A stretch of DNA of 64,000 nucleotides from contig JAXLZA010000011.1 of assembly GCA_046351135.1 (NCBI GenBank), positions 174,806-238,805 on the forward strand, written 5' to 3'. The stretch comes from Myxococcota bacterium. GTDB taxonomy: Bacteria > Myxococcota_A > UBA9160 > UBA4427. Below are positions 53,062 to 62,184 of this stretch, piece after piece. Every line of letters starts with the position of its first letter. Position 1 is the first letter of the stretch. The notes under the pieces were generated by a model. It ran no database searches and had not been told where the DNA came from. It worked only from the letters and a program-made list of their open reading frames with translations. The position numbers and the translations under genes are program-made.

Positions 53062-53127
53062 GCCCGCCCGCGCTCCACCGAGCGGTTCCGCGACGGGCCC
53101 GGGCGATCATCGCAGGAGGATCATGTC

Positions 53128-54126
53128 ATGGAGTTCGCCACGATCCGACGAGCCCGCCGGGCGATCGCGCCGACCCCGGCGATCGCGCTCCTCCTCGCGC
53201 TCGCGACGGGCGCGGCGCTGCTGGCTTCGTGTGCCCATGACGCGGGCCCGCCGAGCTGGATCGAGCATCCCGGCCGGCGCTGGCCGGAGCCCCGCTACGT
53301 CACCGGCGTCGGCCAGGGCGCCGATCCCGACGCGGCGGAGTCGGCCGCCCGCGCGGCCGTCGCCCGCAAGACGAAGGGCGAGCAGGAAGGCGTCGAGATC
53401 GCCCGGACCTGGGTCGCGAAGAGTCCCCGGGTCCACTGGGCGCTCGCGGTGCTCGACCGGCCCGCGCTGATCGCCCGCCTCGGCGATCGCATCGCCGAGA
53501 TCGACCCGCAGCGAGCCGCCGCCGCGGAGAGCGCGAAGGCCGAGCCCCCCGAGAAGGCGATCGTCACCCTGCTCGGCGTCCTCGACCTCACCCGCCAGCG
53601 CGAGGCGCTGCGCACGCGCATCGCCCGCCTCGAGGGCAGCCCGCCGCCCGCCGATGCACCGCCGTCCCGAGAAGCACTCGAAGCCCAGCTCGCCGGCGTG
53701 AAGCACGCGCTCCCGATCGAGGTCGAGGCCTACGAGATGGATCCCGAATCCGGCGAGCTCGGCGCGCCCCTCGACCCCGTCCGGCGCGCGCTCGCGCGCC
53801 AGGTCCTCGCGAAGGGCTTCCCGCTCCCCGCCGACGGCGAGTGGGGCGACACCGCTGCCTCCTGGCTCCGCGTCCGGGCGCGGATCGGCTTCGAGCGCCT
53901 CGAGCTCGGCGGGCGCGAGGGCTTCGCGGCCGTCGCGTGGGAGGCGGCGCTCGAGGTCCTCGACCCGAACGCCGGCGGTGCGGTCGTCGCCCTCCTCGAG
54001 CAGGAGGCCCGCGCGACCCACATCAACGAGAAGACCGCCCGTCGGCTCGCGCGCGAGGAGGCGATCACCTTCGTGACCGAGGCCCTCGCGCGCTGGCTCG
54101 ACGAGCAGTACGCGCCGAAGCCCTGA
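53128..54126 (+). CDS. Hypothetical lipoprotein
   Basis: ATG 53128 with AGGAGG and an 8-nt spacer. Leader ALLLALATGAALLASC (lipobox). Ala/Glu/Arg-rich helical body. No family recognised. Confidence 0.62.
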   Translation: MEFATIRRARRAIAPTPAIALLLALATGAALLASCAHDAGPPSWIEHPGRRWPEPRYVTGVGQGADPDAAESAARAAVARKTKGEQEGVEIARTWVAKSPRVHWALAVLDRPALIARLGDRIAEIDPQRAAAAESAKAEPPEKAIVTLLGVLDLTRQREALRTRIARLEGSPPPADAPPSREALEAQLAGVKHALPIEVEAYEMDPESGELGAPLDPVRRALARQVLAKGFPLPADGEWGDTAASWLRVRARIGFERLELGGREGFAAVAWEAALEVLDPNAGGAVVALLEQEARATHINEKTARRLAREEAITFVTEALARWLDEQYAPKP

Positions 54127-54139
54127 GCCCGGGGACGCG

Positions 54140-55393
54140 TCAGGCCGCGCCGCGGGCGACGCGGAAGCGCGCGGGGAGCGCCGCCACCCGGCGGGTCGAG
54201 AGGAAGGCGGTCCACTCGGGCCGATCGACGCACGGCTCGAGCTCGAAGCCCCGCTCGAGCAGGGCCGCGAGCGCCTCCTGGATCTCGGCCCGGGCGATGG
54301 CGGCGCCGACGCAGTGGTGGACGCCGTGGCCGAAGGTGAAGTGACGGCTGTCGTTGCGGGCGACGTCGAAGCGGTCGGGGTCCGCGAAGCGGCGGGGATC
54401 GCGATTGGCCGAGGGGACCGAGAAGGCGACGTAGCTGCCGGCCGGAATCTCGACCCCCTCGATCACGAGCCCCTCGGTCGCGATCCGCGGGATGCTCGGA
54501 ATCGGCGTCTCGTAGCGCGCGACCTCCTCGACGGCGCTCGGGACGAGCGACGGCTCGGCGCGCAGCTTCGCGAGCTCGTCGGGATGGGAGGCGAGCGTCC
54601 AGAGCGCGTTCGCCAGCAGCGACTTCGTCGTGTCGTGGCCCGCGAAGAGCAGGTTCAGGATCAGCCCGCGCAGCTCGACGTTGGAGAGCCGCTCGCCCGC
54701 CTCCTCGGCGGCGATCAGCGCGTCGAGCAGCGTCTCGCTCGCCTGCGCCCGGCGTCGGCGCTCGATCAGCTCCGAGGCCGCCGCGTCGAACTCGACGATC
54801 GCCTGCTCGATCGCCGTCCGCGAATCCGAGGGGATCACCGCGCTGAAGGCATTCGACACCGTGTCCGTCCAGCGCTCGAAGAGCGCGCGGTCCCCGGCCT
54901 CGATGCCCACCATCGCGCAGAGCACCTCGAGGGGCAGCGCATGGCAGAAGGTCGCGACGAGATCGACCTCGCCCGCGTCGGCGGCCTCGTCGATCAGGCG
55001 GTGTGCCATCGCGCGGATCTGCGGCCGCAGGCGCGAGACCTGGCGCGGGGTGAAGGCGCGGCCGACGAGGCCGCGCAGGCGCGTGTGCTTCGGCGGATCG
55101 AGGGCGTTGGTCAGATGCTGCCACCAGTCGTAGAGCGGCCCGTGCGTGATGCCCTGGTTCGCGAGCATCGCGTAGAGCGCCTGGCGCATCTGCGGATCGC
55201 GCAGCCCCGACTCGACGTGCTCGTAGCGGAGCACCTCGAAGTCCCCGGCCGTCGAGCGGACGACGGGCCAGCGCTCGCGCAGGGGCGCGAGCACGCGGTG
55301 GGTGTCGTGCCAGTAGTCGAGGGAGGTCGGGTCGACGCGGGGAAGATCGCCGGGCGGGGGCGCCGCGTTCGGGAAGGCTTCGGGCGGGGGCAT
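54140..55393 (-). CDS. Cytochrome P450
   Basis: 417 aa. I-helix [16 protein letters not shown], Exx[10 protein letters not shown], haem loop [19 protein letters not shown]. Confidence 0.9.
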   Translation of the reverse strand: MPPPEAFPNAAPPPGDLPRVDPTSLDYWHDTHRVLAPLRERWPVVRSTAGDFEVLRYEHVESGLRDPQMRQALYAMLANQGITHGPLYDWWQHLTNALDPPKHTRLRGLVGRAFTPRQVSRLRPQIRAMAHRLIDEAADAGEVDLVATFCHALPLEVLCAMVGIEAGDRALFERWTDTVSNAFSAVIPSDSRTAIEQAIVEFDAAASELIERRRRAQASETLLDALIAAEEAGERLSNVELRGLILNLLFAGHDTTKSLLANALWTLASHPDELAKLRAEPSLVPSAVEEVARYETPIPSIPRIATEGLVIEGVEIPAGSYVAFSVPSANRDPRRFADPDRFDVARNDSRHFTFGHGVHHCVGAAIARAEIQEALAALLERGFELEPCVDRPEWTAFLSTRRVAALPARFRVARGAA

Positions 55394-55554
55394 GGCCTCG
55401 ACGATCGCCCGCCCGCCCGCGGATCGTCAAGCGCATTCGTCGATGCGCCCCGCGCGAATGCCCCACCGCCATCGCGACCCGATCTCGTCGGCGAGCGACG
55501 CGCGCGCCGCCGGACGCACTATGCTCGCCGAACGGACCCACCCGGGAGGACCCC

Positions 55555-56076
55555 ATGCCCGCCTACACCCTGACCGTCAACGGCGAGCGCCGCACCGTCG
55601 AAGCCGCCGAGGACACCCCGCTGCTCTGGGTGATCCGCGATCTGCTCAACCTGACGGGGACCAAGTACGGCTGCGGTGCGGGCCTCTGCCGCGCCTGCAC
55701 CGTCCACCTCGACGGCGAGGCCTCCTTCTCCTGCCAGATCCCGATCGCCTCCGTCGGGGCCAAGCGCGTCACGACGATCGAAGGCCTCTCCCCCGATCGC
55801 AGCCATCCCCTCCAGCAGGCCTGGATCGAGGAGGACGTGCCGCAATGCGGCTACTGCCAGCCCGGGCAGATCATGAGCGCGGCGGCCCTGCTCGCGCGCA
55901 CGCCCGCCCCGACCGACGCGCAGATCGACGACTGGATGAAGACGAATCTCTGCCGCTGCGGGACCTACAACCGGATCCGCAGCGCGATCCAGCGCGCCGC
56001 CGCCGCGCGGGCGGGCGCGAGCGCGCAGCACGAGGCGACGACGCCGGTGCAGGGGGAGGCGAAGAGCCATGGCTGA
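55555..56076 (+). CDS. (2Fe-2S)-binding small subunit of an aldehyde/N-heterocycle oxidoreductase (IorA-like)
   Basis: 173 aa. Plant-type cluster motif [12 protein letters not shown] and second cluster CGYCQPGQ...CRCGTY. Overlaps the next gene by 8 nt. Confidence 0.92.
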   Translation: MPAYTLTVNGERRTVEAAEDTPLLWVIRDLLNLTGTKYGCGAGLCRACTVHLDGEASFSCQIPIASVGAKRVTTIEGLSPDRSHPLQQAWIEEDVPQCGYCQPGQIMSAAALLARTPAPTDAQIDDWMKTNLCRCGTYNRIRSAIQRAAAARAGASAQHEATTPVQGEAKSHG

Positions 56077-58285
56077 GCCGACCAACGCTTCGACGGACGC
56101 CAGAACGGACGCGATCGAAACGACCGCGGGGCCGACGACCGGGACGGCCCTTCGCCGGCGCGACTTCCTGCAGATCTCGGGCGGCCTCGGGATCGGCCTC
56201 GTGGTCTCGTTCGCCCTGCCCTTCGCGGCGAACCGCGAGGCGCAGGCCGCCGCGGCGGCGGGCGGCAGTGCGCCGGGCGGCGAGCTCGACGCCTTCATCC
56301 GGATCGAGCCCGACGGCTCCGTCGTCTTCTCGATCCCGAAGTCCGAGATGGGCCAGGGCGTCCTGACCTCCCTCGCGATGATCCTCGCCGAGGAGCTCGA
56401 GGTCGACTGGTCGAAGGTCCGCTCGGAGCACGCGCTCGCGAACGAGGCCCGCTACGGCCGCTGGCGCACCGGCGGGAGCTCGAGCGTGCGCGAGAGCTTC
56501 GAGGCCTATCGGAAGGCCGGTGCGACCGCGCGATCCCTGCTCGTCGCCGCCGCCGCCGAGCGCTGGAAGGTCGCCGCCGACACCTGTCGCGCCGACCGGG
56601 GCACCATCGTCCACCCCGCGACCGGCCGCCGCGCGGGCTATGCCGAGCTCGCCGAGCAGGCGGCGAAGCTGTCGCCGCCGGCCGAGCCCGCGCTGAAGCC
56701 GCGCTCGCAGTTCAGCGTGATCGGCAAGGATCTCCGCCGCCTCGACACGCCTGCGAAGGTCGACGGCTCCGCCGTCTTCGGCCTCGACGTCCGCGTCCCC
56801 GGGATGCTCGTCGCGCAGGTCGTGCGGCCGCCGGACCTCGGCGGGAAGCTCGCGTCCTTCGACGCGAAGGCGGCCCTCGCGGTGCCCGGCGTCGTCGCGG
56901 TCTTCGAGATTCCGCGGGGCGTCGCGATCGTCGCGAAGCATTTCTGGGCGGCCTCGAGCGGGCGCAAGCAGCTCGCGATCCGCTGGACGCCGGGCCCGCA
57001 CGGCGCGCTCGACAACGAGGCGATCCGCGCGCTCTGCACGGCCGCCGTCTCCAAGGGCGTCGAGGTCCGCAAGCAAGGCGACGTCGCCCGCGCGATCGCG
57101 AGCGCGGGGCCGAAGCGGACGCTCGAGGCGGTCTACGACTTCCCCTTCCTCGCCCACGCGACCCTCGAGCCGATGAACTGCACGGCGAAGGTCGACGCCG
57201 ACGGCTGCGAGCTCTGGGTCCCGACCCAGTCGCCGACCGCCGCAGCCGACGCCGCGGCGAAGATCCTCGGCATCCCCCCCGATCGCGTGCGCGTGAACAC
57301 GACGCTCCTCGGCGGCGGCTTCGGGCGCCGCGGCGACTCGGACTTCGTCGAGGACGCGGTCCACGTCGCGAAGCAGATGAAGGTCCCCGTGCAGGTCGTC
57401 TACACCCGCGAAGACGACATGCGCGCCGGCCTCTACCGACCGACGGGCACGAACCAGATGCGCGGCGCCGTCGACGCCGAGGGCTGGCCCGTCGTCTGGG
57501 AGCAGCGCATCGCGAGCCAGTCGATCCTGCGCGAGAAGGGCTGGCCGACGAAGGACGGCATCGACTTCGCGGCGGTCGAGGGCGTGCGGAACCTCCCCTA
57601 CGCGATCCCGAACGTGTTCGTCAGCTGGGCGGACGTCGTGCTGCCGGTCTCGACGCATTGGTGGCGCTCGGTGGGCAGCTCGCAGAACGGCTGGGTGACC
57701 GAGTGCTTCTTCGACGAGCTCTGCCGACTCGGCGGCAAGGATCCCCTCGAGGCACGCAAGCGGCTCCTGAAGGATCATCCGCGCCACGTCCGCGTGCTCG
57801 AGAAGGCGGCCAGCGAGGCCGGCTGGGGCAAGCCCCTGCCGAAGGGCCATGCGCTCGGCATCGCGGTCCACGAGTCCTTCGGCAGCATCGTGGCCGAGAC
57901 CGCCGAGGTCTCCCTCGAAGCCGACGGCACGCCGCGGGTCCACCGCGTCGTCTGCGTCGTCGACTGCGGCGAGGTCGTGCATCCCGCCGGCGTGCGCCAT
58001 CAGATGGAGAGCGGCATCACGATGGGCCTCTCGGCAGCGCTCTGGGGCGAGATCGCGATCGAGAAGGGCCGCATCGTCACGACGAACTACGATCGCTACC
58101 CGATCGCCCGCATCGGCGACACGCCGCGCATCGAGACCCACATCCTCGCCGAGGGCGATGCGATGGGCGGCATCGGCGAGCCGGGGACGCCCCCGATCGC
58201 GCCGGCGATCTGCAACGCGCTGCTCGCGCTGACGGGCAAGCCGATCCGGCGGCTGCCGATCGGGAAGCTCACACGCGGCGCCTGA
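56069..58285 (+). CDS. Molybdopterin-binding large subunit, xanthine dehydrogenase/aldehyde oxidase family (IorB-like), Tat-exported
   Basis: 738 aa. Twin-arginine leader [17 protein letters not shown]. Family blocks [47 protein letters not shown]. Confidence 0.92.
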   Translation: MAEPTNASTDARTDAIETTAGPTTGTALRRRDFLQISGGLGIGLVVSFALPFAANREAQAAAAAGGSAPGGELDAFIRIEPDGSVVFSIPKSEMGQGVLTSLAMILAEELEVDWSKVRSEHALANEARYGRWRTGGSSSVRESFEAYRKAGATARSLLVAAAAERWKVAADTCRADRGTIVHPATGRRAGYAELAEQAAKLSPPAEPALKPRSQFSVIGKDLRRLDTPAKVDGSAVFGLDVRVPGMLVAQVVRPPDLGGKLASFDAKAALAVPGVVAVFEIPRGVAIVAKHFWAASSGRKQLAIRWTPGPHGALDNEAIRALCTAAVSKGVEVRKQGDVARAIASAGPKRTLEAVYDFPFLAHATLEPMNCTAKVDADGCELWVPTQSPTAAADAAAKILGIPPDRVRVNTTLLGGGFGRRGDSDFVEDAVHVAKQMKVPVQVVYTREDDMRAGLYRPTGTNQMRGAVDAEGWPVVWEQRIASQSILREKGWPTKDGIDFAAVEGVRNLPYAIPNVFVSWADVVLPVSTHWWRSVGSSQNGWVTECFFDELCRLGGKDPLEARKRLLKDHPRHVRVLEKAASEAGWGKPLPKGHALGIAVHESFGSIVAETAEVSLEADGTPRVHRVVCVVDCGEVVHPAGVRHQMESGITMGLSAALWGEIAIEKGRIVTTNYDRYPIARIGDTPRIETHILAEGDAMGGIGEPGTPPIAPAICNALLALTGKPIRRLPIGKLTRGA

Positions 58286-58328
58286 AGCGCCGCTCCGAGC
58301 GCCTGCTCGGATCCGACGGAGACGATCG

Positions 58329-59156
58329 ATGACCTTCCACCTGAGCGGGCTCGAAGGCAAGACCGCCCTCGTGACCGGCGCCGGCCGCCTGCGCGGCATC
58401 GGCCGGACGGTGGCCCACGAGCTCGCGAAGGCCGGCTGCGACGTCGTCGTGACCGGCAGCGGGCGCGATCCCGCGAGCTTCCCCGCCGACGAGCGGAAGC
58501 TCGGCTGGCGCGACGTCGAGTCCGTCGCCGAGGAGATCCGCGGTCTCGGGCGGCGCTCGCTCGCCGCCGTCTGCGACATCGCCTCGCTCAGCGACGTCCG
58601 CGCCCTCCGCGAGCGCGTCGTGCGCGAGCTCGGGGGCATCGACCTCCTCGTCAACAACGCGGCGCTCGTCCCGCCCGGTCGCGAGCGGGTCGCGGTGCAC
58701 GAGGCCGATCCCGAGATCGCGGCTCGGGTCTTCGACGTGAACCTGAAGGGGACCTACTTCATGTGCCACGTCTTCGGCCGCCTGCTCGTCGAGCAGGGGC
58801 GCGGCGGTGCGATCGTCAACGTCACCTCGATCGCCGGCAAACGCATGGCGCCGCGCAACGCCGCCTACGGCACGAGCAAGGCGGCGCTCCACGCGCTGAC
58901 CGCGGCGATGTCCGGGGAGCTCGGCGAGCACGGGATCCGGGTCAACGCGGTCTGTCCGGGGATCACGGTGACCTCCGCCATGGACGAGGTGCCGGAGAGC
59001 GCCTGGGAGCCGATGGTGAAGGCGAACATCCCGCTCGGCCGCGCGGGCCGCCCCGAGGACACGGCCGCGATGGTCCTCTTCCTCTGCAGCGATCAGGGCG
59101 CCTGGATCACGGGCCAGATCTACAGCGTCGACGGCGGCCAGGTCGCCGGGCGTTAG
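58329..59156 (+). CDS. SDR oxidoreductase
   Basis: 275 aa. GKTALVTGAGRLRGIGR, NNAAL, YGTSKAALHAL. Confidence 0.9.
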   Translation: MTFHLSGLEGKTALVTGAGRLRGIGRTVAHELAKAGCDVVVTGSGRDPASFPADERKLGWRDVESVAEEIRGLGRRSLAAVCDIASLSDVRALRERVVRELGGIDLLVNNAALVPPGRERVAVHEADPEIAARVFDVNLKGTYFMCHVFGRLLVEQGRGGAIVNVTSIAGKRMAPRNAAYGTSKAALHALTAAMSGELGEHGIRVNAVCPGITVTSAMDEVPESAWEPMVKANIPLGRAGRPEDTAAMVLFLCSDQGAWITGQIYSVDGGQVAGR

Positions 59157-59358
59157 TCGGCCGGTCCCGGCCCCGCGTCGCCGGGGTCGCTCCGCCGCGA
59201 GATCGCGCGGCGCGCCAGCCGGATGGCGTCGGCAGCGGCGTGGGTCGTCCTCGATCACTCGCCACGTGGGCTCCGCCGGCTCGATTGACTCTTCCCGGCC
59301 CGTCTGGGAAGCTCGTCCCGGGGCCGCCACCCGGCCTCGCCCCGGGAGGCCCTCCGCC

Positions 59359-61074
59359 ATGCACGACCTCGTGATCCAGGGAGGCACCGTCGTCGACGGC
59401 ACCGGCCGCCCCCCGCAGACCGCCGACGTCGCCGTCGCGAACGGCCGGATCGCGGCGGTCGGCCGCGATCTCGGCCCCGCCCGCCGCACCCTCGCCGCCG
59501 ACGGCCTGCTCGTCACCCCGGGCTGGGTCGACATCCACAGCCACTACGACGGGCAGGCGCTCTGGGATCCGCTGCTCGAAACCTCCGCCGCCCACGGCGT
59601 CACGACGGTCGTGATGGGCAATTGCGGCGTCGGCTTCGCGCCGGTCCGCCCGAGCGAGCGCGCCTTCACGATCGCCCTGATGGAGGGCGTCGAGGACATC
59701 CCCGCCGCGGTGCTCGAGCAGGGGCTCGCCTGGGACTGGCAATCCTTCCCCGAGTATCTCGACGCCCTCGCCGCGAAGCGCCACGCGATCGGCGTCGTCG
59801 CCCAGGTCCCCCACGCGGCGCTGCGGGTCTTCGTGATGGGCGAGCGCGGCATCGACCACGCCGCCGTCGCGACGGACGACGAGATCGCGCGCATGGGCGC
59901 ACTCGCGGTCGAGGCGATCGAGGCCGGCGCGGTCGGCTTCACGACCTCGCGCTCGAGGAACCACGTCGCGTCGGACGGCCGGCTCACGCCGTCGTTCAGC
60001 GCCGGCCTGCCCGAGCTGCTCGGCATCGCCGCGGCGATCGGCCGCCTCGGCCGGGGCGTCTTCGAGTTCAACCTCGACAACGTCGACATCGAGGGCGATC
60101 TCGCCCTGATGCGCCGCGTCTGCGAGGTCGGCCGGCGCCCGCTCTCGGTGGCCCTGCTCCAGCGCCCGGGCCATCCCCCCGATCGCTATCGGCGCGTGCT
60201 CGAGGGCTTCGCGCAGGCGGCGCGGGACGGCCTCGACATCCGGGGCCAGGTGGCGCCGCGGCCGACCGGGCTGCTGCTCTCCCTCGCTGGTCGCGTCAAT
60301 CCGCTGCGCCCGTCGGCGACCTATCGAGCGATCGAGGGGCGCACCGCGACGCCGGGCTCCGCCGCCGGCGAGTCCGCCCTCCTCGCCGCGCTCCGGGACG
60401 CCGAGGCCCGGGCGCGCATCCTCGCGGAGCTCGAGGGCGAGGCCGACATGGTGGGACATTTCGGCGCGGCCTTCGACCTGTCGACGCCGAGCGAGCTCGT
60501 CCTCGACCCGGCCCATTGCCTCGTCGCGCGGGCGAAGCGGACGGGCGTCCCCGTGCGTGCCCTCGTCTACGACGTGCTCGCCGCGGGCCGCATGGTCTAC
60601 GTCCCGGTCTCGAACTTCGTCGAGGGCGACCTGCGCGCGACCCGCGAGATGCTGCTCGATCCGTACACCGTCCCGGGCCTGTCCGACGGCGGGGCCCACT
60701 GCACGATGATCGCCGACTTCGACTACCCGACCCATCTGCTGCGCTACTGGGGCCGCGACGCGCCCGAGTCCGAGCGGATTCCGATCGAGGTGCTCGTGAA
60801 GAAGCAGTGCGCGGACACCGCGGCCCTCGTCGGGCTGCATGATCGCGGCGTCCTCGCCCCCGGCCGCCAGGCCGACGTGAATCTCGTCGACCTCGCCGCG
60901 ATCGGCTCGACGGCGCCCGCGCTGGTCGCCGACCTGCCGGGCGGCGGCGCGCGGCTCGTCGGGCGCGGGACCGGCTACGTCGCGACCTTCGTGAAGGGCG
61001 AGCTCGCCTTCGAGCACGGACGCCATGCCGGCGCCTTCGCCGGCGGCCTCGTCCGGGGCGGGGAGCGGTGTTAG
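59359..61074 (+). CDS. N-acyl-D-amino-acid deacylase (D-aminoacylase) family amidohydrolase, second copy
   Basis: ATG 59359 with GGGAGG upstream, inside ORF 59266..61074. MHDLVIQGGTVVDGTGRPPQTADVAVANGRIAAVG..TPGWVDIHSHYD. Paralogue of 14945..16672. Confidence 0.88.
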   Translation: MHDLVIQGGTVVDGTGRPPQTADVAVANGRIAAVGRDLGPARRTLAADGLLVTPGWVDIHSHYDGQALWDPLLETSAAHGVTTVVMGNCGVGFAPVRPSERAFTIALMEGVEDIPAAVLEQGLAWDWQSFPEYLDALAAKRHAIGVVAQVPHAALRVFVMGERGIDHAAVATDDEIARMGALAVEAIEAGAVGFTTSRSRNHVASDGRLTPSFSAGLPELLGIAAAIGRLGRGVFEFNLDNVDIEGDLALMRRVCEVGRRPLSVALLQRPGHPPDRYRRVLEGFAQAARDGLDIRGQVAPRPTGLLLSLAGRVNPLRPSATYRAIEGRTATPGSAAGESALLAALRDAEARARILAELEGEADMVGHFGAAFDLSTPSELVLDPAHCLVARAKRTGVPVRALVYDVLAAGRMVYVPVSNFVEGDLRATREMLLDPYTVPGLSDGGAHCTMIADFDYPTHLLRYWGRDAPESERIPIEVLVKKQCADTAALVGLHDRGVLAPGRQADVNLVDLAAIGSTAPALVADLPGGGARLVGRGTGYVATFVKGELAFEHGRHAGAFAGGLVRGGERC

Positions 61075-61090
61075 GCAGGAGGACGGCGCG

Positions 61091-62176
61091 GTGAGCGACG
61101 GGGTCCGGGCGATGGTGCAGACGGCGCCGGGGAAGCTCGAGCTGCGGCATTTCGAGCGGCCCCGCATCGGCGAGGACGAGGCCCTCCTGCGGATCGAGGC
61201 CTGCGGCATCTGCGGGACCGACGCCGAGGTCTTCGACGGGAGCGTGCCCCTCGCCGGGCCCGTCATCCCGGGCCACGAGCCCGTCGGGCGGATCGAGGCG
61301 ATCGGTGCGCGGGCGGCCCAGCGCTGGCAGATCGGCGTCGGCGACCGCGTCGCCGTCCAGTCGGATTTCGGCTGCGGGCGCTGCGAGCCCTGCTTCGAGC
61401 GGCGGCGCTGTCGCATCGCACCGGGCGTCTACGGCTTCATGCCGGTCGATGCGGCGCCCTCGCTCTGGGGGGGCTATGCGGAGCTCCTGTATCTCGCGCC
61501 GGGCGCGGTGCTCCACAAGATCGACCGGCGGATTCCCGCGCGCATCGCCGCGCTCTACAACCCCCTCGGCGCGGGCTTCGCCTGGGCGGTCGAGGCGCCG
61601 GGGCTCCGCCTCGGGCAATCGATCGCGATCTTCGGGCCCGGCCAGCGCGGCCTCGCCTGCGTGATCGCGGCGAAGCTCGCCGGCGCGTCGCGGATCTTCG
61701 TGACGGGCCTCGGCTCCCGGGACGAGGCGAAGATGGCGCTGGCGCGGGAGCTCGGGGCGGACGTCGTGATCGACGTCGAACGCGAGGACGCGGTCGCGCG
61801 GATCGACGCCGAGACGAAGGGCGCCGGCGTCGACGTCTGCGTCGACACGACGCCCCACGCGACGAAGCCCGTCGTCGACGCCGTCTGGGCGACGCGCCCC
61901 GGCGGCACGATCGTCCTCGCCGGGATCAAGGGCCGCGGCCGCGGCGTCCCCGACTTCCCGACCGACGAGGTCGCGATGCGCTTCCAGACGATCCGCGGCG
62001 TGCGCACCGTCGACTACCGGAGCTACCAGCAGGCGATCCGCCTGATCGAGTCGGGCCGCGTCCCGGTCGAGCGGCTCCACACCCACCACTTCCCGCTCGA
62101 GGAGGCCGCGACGGCGATCCGGACGCTGACCGCCCCGAGCGATCGCCCCGCCATCTCGATCACGATCGAGCCCTGA
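61091..62176 (+). CDS. Zinc-dependent alcohol dehydrogenase (MDR family)
   Basis: GTG 61091 with AGGAGG and an 8-nt spacer (alternative ATG 61112). CGICGTD, GHEPVGRIEAIG, structural-Zn Cys cluster GCGRCEPCFERRRC, FGPGQRGL. Confidence 0.88.
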   Translation: MSDGVRAMVQTAPGKLELRHFERPRIGEDEALLRIEACGICGTDAEVFDGSVPLAGPVIPGHEPVGRIEAIGARAAQRWQIGVGDRVAVQSDFGCGRCEPCFERRRCRIAPGVYGFMPVDAAPSLWGGYAELLYLAPGAVLHKIDRRIPARIAALYNPLGAGFAWAVEAPGLRLGQSIAIFGPGQRGLACVIAAKLAGASRIFVTGLGSRDEAKMALARELGADVVIDVEREDAVARIDAETKGAGVDVCVDTTPHATKPVVDAVWATRPGGTIVLAGIKGRGRGVPDFPTDEVAMRFQTIRGVRTVDYRSYQQAIRLIESGRVPVERLHTHHFPLEEAATAIRTLTAPSDRPAISITIEP

Positions 62177-62184
62177 GCCCGGGC

